Source: Eledone cirrhosa
Taxonomy: Eukaryota
Assembly (NCBI GenBank): GCA_964016885.1
Contig: OZ024741.1
Coordinates: forward strand, 415,772,001 to 415,836,000
DNA length: 64,000 nucleotides
Direction of reading: 5' to 3'
Shown here: positions 57,641 to 64,000 of the stretch, in pieces
Position numbering within the stretch: position 1 is the stretch's first letter
Layout: each line of letters opens with the position of its first letter
Position numbers and translations under genes: made by a program
The notes under the pieces: generated by a model
The model's database searches: none
Seen by the model: only the letters and a program-made list of their open reading frames with translations
Told to the model about the DNA's origin: nothing

Positions 57641-60419
57641 TTATATTAACTGGGGTCTCTGTTATATTAACTGGGGTCTCTGTTATATTAACTGGGGTCT
57701 CTGTTATATTAACTGGGGCCTCTGTTATATTAGCTGGGGCCTCTGTTATATTAACTGGGGTCTCTGTTACATTAAATGGGGTCTCTGTTATATTAACTGG
57801 GGCCTCTGTTATATTAACTGGGGCCTCTGTTATATTAACTGGGGCCTCTGTTATATTAACTGGGGTCTCTGTTATATTAACTGGGGTATGTTATATTAAC
57901 TGGGGCCTCTGTTATATTAACTGGGGCCTCTATTATAGTAACTGGGGTCTCTGTTATATTAACTGGGGTCTCTATTATATTAACTGGGGTCTCTATCATA
58001 TTAACTGGGGTCTCTGTTATATTAACAGGGGTCTCTGTTATATTAACTGGGGTCTCTGTTATATTAACTGGGGTCTCTATTATATTAAATGGCGTCTATG
58101 TTATTTTACCTGGGGCCTCTGTTATATTAACTGGGGTCTCTGTTATATTAACTGGGGTCTCTGTTATATTAACTGGGGCCTCTGTTATATTAACTGGGGT
58201 CTCTGTTATATTAAATGGCGTCTCTGTTATATTAACTGTGGCCTCTGTTATATTAACTGGGGTCTCTGTTATATTAACTGGGCTCTCTGTTATATTAACT
58301 GGGGTATGTTATATTAACTGGGGCCTCTATTATATTAACTGGGGCCTCTATTATATTAACTGCGGCCTCTGTTATATTAACTGTGGTCTCTGTCATATTA
58401 ACTTGGGTCTCTGTTATATTAACTGGGGTCTCTATTATATTATCTGGGGTCTCTGTTATATTAACTGGGGTATGTTATATTAACTGGGGTCTCTATTATA
58501 TTAACTGGGGTCTCTGTTATATTAACTGGGGCCTCTGTTATATTAACTGGGGCCTCTGTTATTTTAAGTGGGGTATGTTATATTAACTGGGGCCTCTGTT
58601 ATATTAACTGATGCCTCTATTATATTAACTGAGGTCTCTGTTATATTACCTGGGGTTTCTGTTATATTAACTGGGGTCTCTGTTATATTAACTGGGGTCT
58701 CTGTTATATTAACTGGGGTCTCTGTTATATTAACTGGGGTATGTTATATTAACTGGGGTCTCTGTTATATTAACTGGGGCCTCTGTTATATTAACTGGGG
58801 TCTCTGTTATATTAAGTGAGTTCTCTGTTATATTTACTGGGGTCTCTGTTATATTAACTGGGGTCTCTGTTATATTAACTGGGGACACTGTTATATTAAC
58901 TGGGGTCTATGTTATATTTGCTGGGGTCTCTGTTATATTAACTGGGGTCTGTTATGTTAACTGGGGTCTGTTATATTAACTGGGGCCTCTGTTATATTAA
59001 CTGGGGCCTCTATTATATTAACTGAGGTCTCTGTTATATTAACTGGGGTCTGTTACTAACTGGGGCCTCTATTATATTAACTGGGGTCTCTGTTATATTC
59101 ACTGGGGTCTCTGTTATATTAACTGAGGTCTCTGTTATATTAACTGGGGTATGTTATATTAACTGGGGTCTCTGTTATATTAACTAGGGTCTCTGTTATA
59201 TTAACTGGGGTCTCTGTTATATTAACTGGGGTCTCTGTTATATTAACTGAGGTCTCTGTTATATTAACTGGGGCGTCTGTTATATTAACTGATGCCTCTA
59301 TTATGTTAACTGAGGTCTCTGTTATATTAACTGGGGTCTGTTATTAACTGGGGCCTCTATTATATTAACTGGGGTCTCTGTTATATTAACTGGGGTCTCT
59401 GTTATATTAACTGAGGTCTCTGTTATATTAACTGGGGTATGTTATATTAACTGGGGCCTCTGATATATTAACTGGGGCCTCTGTTATATTAACTGGGGTC
59501 TCTGTTATATTAACTGAGGTCTCTGTTATATTACCTGGGGTTTCTGTTATACTAACTGGGGTCTCTGTTATATAAACTGGGGCCTCTATTATATTCACTG
59601 GGGTCTCTGTTATATTAACTGGGGTCTCTGTTATATTCACTGGGGTCTCTGTTATATTAACTGGGGTATGTTATATTAACTGGGGTCTCTGTTATATTAA
59701 CTGGGGCCTCTGTTATATTAACTGGGGTCTCTGTTATATTAAGTGAGGTCTCTGTTATATTAACTGGGGTCTCTGTTATATTAACTGGGGTCTCTGTTAT
59801 ATTAACTGGGGACACTGTTATATTAACTGGGGTCTCTGTTATATTTGCTGGGGTCTCTGTTATATTAACTGGGGTCTATGTTATATTAACTGGGGTCTGT
59901 TATCTTAACTGGGGTCTCTGTTATATTAACTGGGGTCTCTGTTATATTAACTGCGGTCTGTTTTTAACTGGGGCCTCTATTATATTAACTGAGGTCACTG
60001 TTATCTTAACTGGGGTCTCTGTTATATTAACTGGGGTCTGTTATGTTAACTGGGGTCTGTTATATTAACTGGGGCCTCTGTTATATTAACTGGGGCCTCT
60101 ATTATATTAACTGAGGTCTCTGTTATATTAACTGGGGTCTGTTACTAACTGGGGCCTCTATTATATTAACTGGGGTCTCTGTTATATTCACTGGGGTCTC
60201 TGTTATATTAACTGAGGTCTCTGTTATATTAACTGGGGTATGTTATATTAACTGGGGTCTCTGTTATATTAACTGGGGTCTCTGTTATATTAACTGGGGT
60301 CTCTGTTATATTAACTGGGGTCTCTGTTATATTAACTGAGGTCTCTGTTATATTAACTGGGGTATGTTATATTAACTGGGGTCTCTGTTATATTAACTGG
60401 GGTCTCTGTTATATTAACT

Positions 60420-60870
60420 GGGGTCTGTTATTAACTGGGGCCTCTATTATATTAACTGAGGTCTCTGTTATATTAACTGGGGTCTGTTATTAACTGGGGC
60501 CTCTATTATATTAACTGAGGTCTCTGTTATATTAACTGGGTCTGTTAATAACTGGGTCCTCTATTATATTAACTGAGGTCTCTGTTATATTAACTGGGGT
60601 CTGTTATTAACTGGGGCCTCTATTATATTAACTGAGGTCTCTGTTATATTAACTGGGGTCTGTTATTAACTGGGGCCTCTATTATATTAACTGAGGTCTC
60701 TGTTATATTAACTGGGGTCTGTTATTAACTGGGGCCTCTATTATATTAACTGAGGTCTCTGTTATATTAACTGGGGTCTGTTATTAACTGGGGCCTCTAT
60801 TATATTAACTGAGGTTTCTGTTATATTAACTGGGGTCTGTTATTAACTGGGGCCTCTATTATATTAACTG
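60420..60870 (+). repeat. 59-bp trimeric sub-array (17+21+21 bp), ~7.5 units
   Basis: Unit GGGGTCTGTTATTAACT-GGGGCCTCTATTATATTAACT-GAGGTCTCTGTTATATTAACT. Successive 60-bp lines shift by one base. Confidence 0.92.
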
Positions 60871-63392
60871 GGGTCTCTGTTATATTAACTGGGGTCTGTT
60901 ATATTTACTGGGGTCTCTGTTATATTAACTGGGGTCTGTTATCTTAACTGGGGTCTCTGTTATATTAACTGGGGTCTCTGTTATATTAACTGGGGTCTGT
61001 TATTAACTGGGGCCTCTATTATATTAACTAAGGTATCTGTTATCTTAACTGGGGTCTCTGTTATATTAACTGGGGTCTGTTATGTTAACTGGGGTCTGTT
61101 ATATTAACTGGGGCCTCTGTTATATTAACTGGGGCCTCTATTATATTAACTGAGGTCTCTGTTATATTAACTGGGGTCTGTTACTAACTGGGGCCTCTAT
61201 TATATTAACTGGGGTCTCTGTTATATTAACTGGGGTCTCTGTTATATTAACTGGGGTATGTTATATTAACTGGGGCCTCTATTATATTAACTGGGGCCTC
61301 TATTATATTAACTGCGGCCTCTGTTATATTAACTGTGGTCTCTGTCATATTAACTTGGGTGTCTGTTATATTAACTGGGGTCTCTATTATATTATCTGGG
61401 GTCTCTGTTATATTAACTGGGGTATGTTATATTAACTGGGGTCTCTATTATATTAACTGGGGTCTCTGTTATATTAACTGGGGCCTCTGTTATATTAACT
61501 GGGGCCTCTGTTATTTTATGTGGGGTATGTTATATTAACTGGGGCCTCTGTTATATTAACTGGGGCGTCTGTTATATTAACTGATGCCTCTATTATATTA
61601 ACTGAGGTCTCTGTTATATTACCTGGGGTTTCTGTTATATTAACTGGGGTCTCTGTTATATTAACTGGGGTCTCTGTTATATTAACTGGGGTCTCTGTTA
61701 TATTAACTGGGGTATGTTATATTAACTGGGGTCTCTGTTATATTAACTGGGGCCTCTGTTATATTTACTGGGGTCTCTGTTATATTAACTGGGGTCTCTG
61801 TTATATTTACTGGGGTCTCTGTTATATTAACTGGGGTCTCTGTTATATTAACTGGGGACACTGTTATATTAACTGGGGTCTATGTTATATTTGCTGGGGT
61901 CTCTGTTATATTAACTGGGGTCTGTTATGTTAACTGGGGTCTGTTATATTAACTGGGGCCTCTGTTATATTAACTGGGGCCTCTATTATATTAACTGAGG
62001 TCTCTGTTATATTAACTGGGGTCTGTTACTAACTGGGGCCTCTATTATATTAACTGGGGTCTCTGTTGTATTCACTGAGGTCTCTGTTATATTAACTGAG
62101 GTCTCTGTTATATTAACTGGGGTATGTTATATTAACTGGGGTCTCTGTTATATTAACTAGGGTCTCTGTTATATTAACTGGGGTCTCTGTTATATTAACT
62201 GGGGTCTCTGTTATATTAACTGAGGTCTCTGTTATATTAACTGGGGCGTCTGTTATATTAACTGATGCCTCTATTATGTTAACTGAGGTCTCTGTTATAT
62301 TAACTGGGGTCTGTTATTAACTGGGGCCTCTATTATATTAACTGGGGTCTCTGTTATATTAACTGGGGTCTCTGTTATATTAACTGAGGTCTCTGTTATA
62401 TTAACTGGGGTATGTTATATTAACTGGGGCCTCTGATATATTAACTGGGGCCTCTGTTATATTAACTGGGGTCTCTGTTATATTAACTGAGGTCTCTGTT
62501 ATATTACCTGGGGTTTCTGTTATACTAACTGGGGTCTCTGTTATATAAACTGGGGCCTCTATTATATTCACTGGGGTCTCTGTTATATTAACTGGGGTCT
62601 CTGTTATATTCACTGGGGTCTCTGTTATATTAACTGGGGTATGTTATATTAACTGGGGTCTCTGTTATATTAACTGGGGCCTCTGTTATATTAACTGGGG
62701 TCTCTGTTATATTAAGTGAGGTCTCTGTTATATTAACTGGGGTCTCTGTTATATTAACTGGGGTCTCTGTTATATTAACTGGGGACACTGTTATATTAAC
62801 TGGGGTCTCTGTTATATTTGCTGGGGTCTCTGTTATATTAACTGGGGTCTATGTTATATTAACTGGGGTCTGTTATCTTAACTGGGGTCTCTGTTATATT
62901 AACTGGGGTCTCTGTTATATTAACTGCGGTCTGTTTTTAACTGGGGCCTCTATTATATTAACTGAGGTCACTGTTATCTTAACTGGGGTCTCTGTTATAT
63001 TAACTGGGGTCTGTTATGTTAACTGGGGTCTGTTATATTAACTGGGGCCTCTGTTATATTAACTGGGGCCTCTATTATATTAACTGAGGTCTCTGTTATA
63101 TTAACTGGGGTCTGTTACTAACTGGGGCCTCTATTATATTAACTGGGGTCTCTGTTATATTCACTGGGGTCTCTGTTATATTAACTGAGGTCTCTGTTAT
63201 ATTAACTGGGGTATGTTATATTAACTGGGGTCTCTGTTATATTAACTGGGGTCTCTGTTATATTAACTGGGGTCTCTGTTATATTAACTGGGGTCTCTGT
63301 TATATTAACTGAGGTCTCTGTTATATTAACTGGGGTATGTTATATTAACTGGGGTCTCTGTTATATTAACTGGGGTCTCTGTTATATTAACT

Positions 63393-63843
63393 GGGGTCTG
63401 TTATTAACTGGGGCCTCTATTATATTAACTGAGGTCTCTGTTATATTAACTGGGGTCTGTTATTAACTGGGGCCTCTATTATATTAACTGAGGTCTCTGT
63501 TATATTAACTGGGTCTGTTAATAACTGGGTCCTCTATTATATTAACTGAGGTCTCTGTTATATTAACTGGGGTCTGTTATTAACTGGGGCCTCTATTATA
63601 TTAACTGAGGTCTCTGTTATATTAACTGGGGTCTGTTATTAACTGGGGCCTCTATTATATTAACTGAGGTCTCTGTTATATTAACTGGGGTCTGTTATTA
63701 ACTGGGGCCTCTATTATATTAACTGAGGTCTCTGTTATATTAACTGGGGTCTGTTATTAACTGGGGCCTCTATTATATTAACTGAGGTTTCTGTTATATT
63801 AACTGGGGTCTGTTATTAACTGGGCCCTCTATTATATTAACTG
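63393..63843 (+). repeat. Second copy of the 59-bp trimeric sub-array
   Basis: Same unit and the same private variant GGGTCTGTTAATAACTGGGTCC as at ~60538, offset 2973. Confidence 0.92.
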
Positions 63844-64000
63844 GGGTCTCTGTTATATTAACTGGGGTCTGTTATATTTACTGGGGTCTCTGTTATATTA
63901 ACTGGGGTCTGTTATCTTAACTGGGGTCTCTGTTATATTAACTGGGGTCTCTGTTATATTAACTGGGGTCTGTTATTAACTGGGGCCTCTATTATATTAA

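Larger units (their letters stand above)
1..57650 (+). repeat. Homogeneous domain with an irregular multi-kb higher-order repeat (landmark spacing mostly 2.2-4.7 kb)
   Basis: The rare monomer GGAATCGC occurs at ~1937, 5833, 8314, 12107, 16024, 18983, 22587, 25841, 28468, 30656, 35329, 42535, 44765 and 49438. Each time it is followed by the same variant string (GGGCTC..TTTT, GAAG, ATGTTAAC-GAGG, GTATG, GGGTTC, GTATG). Confidence 0.92.
1..64000 (+). repeat. Tandem satellite array, 21-bp monomer CTCTGTTATATTAACTGGGG(T/C), ~3,050-3,100 head-to-tail copies, extending beyond both window ends
   Basis: The core TTATATTAACTGGGG recurs every 21 bp from first to last line. Two dominant types are GGGGTCTC and GGGGCCTC. 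Recurrent minor variants include the 19-bp GGGGTATGTTATATTAACT, AAATGGGG, TAGGG, GAGG, GGTGCC, GGCGCC and TCTATT. No non-repeat sequence or inverted monomers seen. Confidence 0.99.
57650..64000 (+). repeat. More diverged distal domain of the same satellite with its own variant set
   Basis: New variants appear (GGACAC, TTTGCT, TTCACT, TTATCT, TTGGG, 17-bp GGGGTCTGTTATTAACT) and the 19-bp GGGGTCTGTTATATTAACT becomes frequent. GGAATCGC, GGCGCC, GGTGCC and GAAG landmarks are absent, and AAATGG disappears after ~58.2 kb. Confidence 0.85.
58285..64000 (+). repeat. 2,952/2,973-bp tandem duplication (about 58285-61236 / 61237-window end)
   Basis: TGCGGCC 58361/61313 and ORFs 58383/61335 are offset by 2952. 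TGCGGTC 59952/62925 and ORFs 59428/62401 are offset by 2973 (one monomer more). Confidence 0.9.

Noticed and set aside
3745-62613. All ORFs in the track (up to 465 aa; SVILTGV, PVNITET and WGLCYIN repeats) as genes
   Set aside because: They are a consequence of a 21-bp stop-free monomer. ORFs overlap on both strands, begin at chance GTG/ATG/TTG variants, end after frameshifting short monomers or point stops, and recur at the block-duplication offsets.
1-64000. CRISPR array or other repeat-spacer/cassette system
   Set aside because: Repeats abut with no unique spacers, and there is no leader, cas gene, recombinase or reverse transcriptase in the window.
1-64000. Telomeric repeat (G/T-rich strand; TTAACTGGGG and TAGGG resemble telomere motifs)
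   Set aside because: It matches no telomere unit I recognise. Multi-kb inherited variant patterns indicate recombinational amplification rather than telomerase synthesis. A subtelomeric location cannot be excluded.
1-64000. G-quadruplex array from GGGG tracts
   Set aside because: The tracts are separated by 17-nt loops, far longer than canonical G4 loops, and the hairpin fold would compete. Not supportable without experiment.
1-64000. TATA-like/-10 promoter elements or TTAA transposon target sites in TTATATTAA
   Set aside because: These are simply part of the monomer, with no associated gene or insertion.
1-64000. Sequencing concatemer or rolling-circle artefact of a short template
   Set aside because: Specific variants recur in ordered, nested multi-kb patterns with private mutations, which random error or a single circular template would not produce.

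Overview
The whole 64 kb window is one uninterrupted, head-to-tail tandem array (satellite/large minisatellite) of a 21-bp monomer, consensus CTCTGTTATATTAACTGGGG(T/C), roughly 3,050-3,100 copies, all in one orientation and running off both window ends. I see no genes, RNA genes, transposon insertions or CRISPR spacers. All ORFs in the track are by-products of a 21-bp unit that is stop-free in 3 of 6 frames. The real structure lies in the order of variant monomers. Rare variants used as landmarks reveal an irregular 2.2-4.7 kb higher-order repeat and a nested series of in-register duplications (2,230, 2,268, 2,959, 2,973, 4,673, ~6,400 and ~14,100 bp) whose order can be partly reconstructed. 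After ~57.7 kb there is a more diverged distal layer containing a newly amplifying 59-bp trimer. The monomer is itself an imperfect palindrome of exactly two helical turns. I found no supportable novel protein-coding system. Coordinates were read by eye, so breakpoints are uncertain by about one to two monomers.
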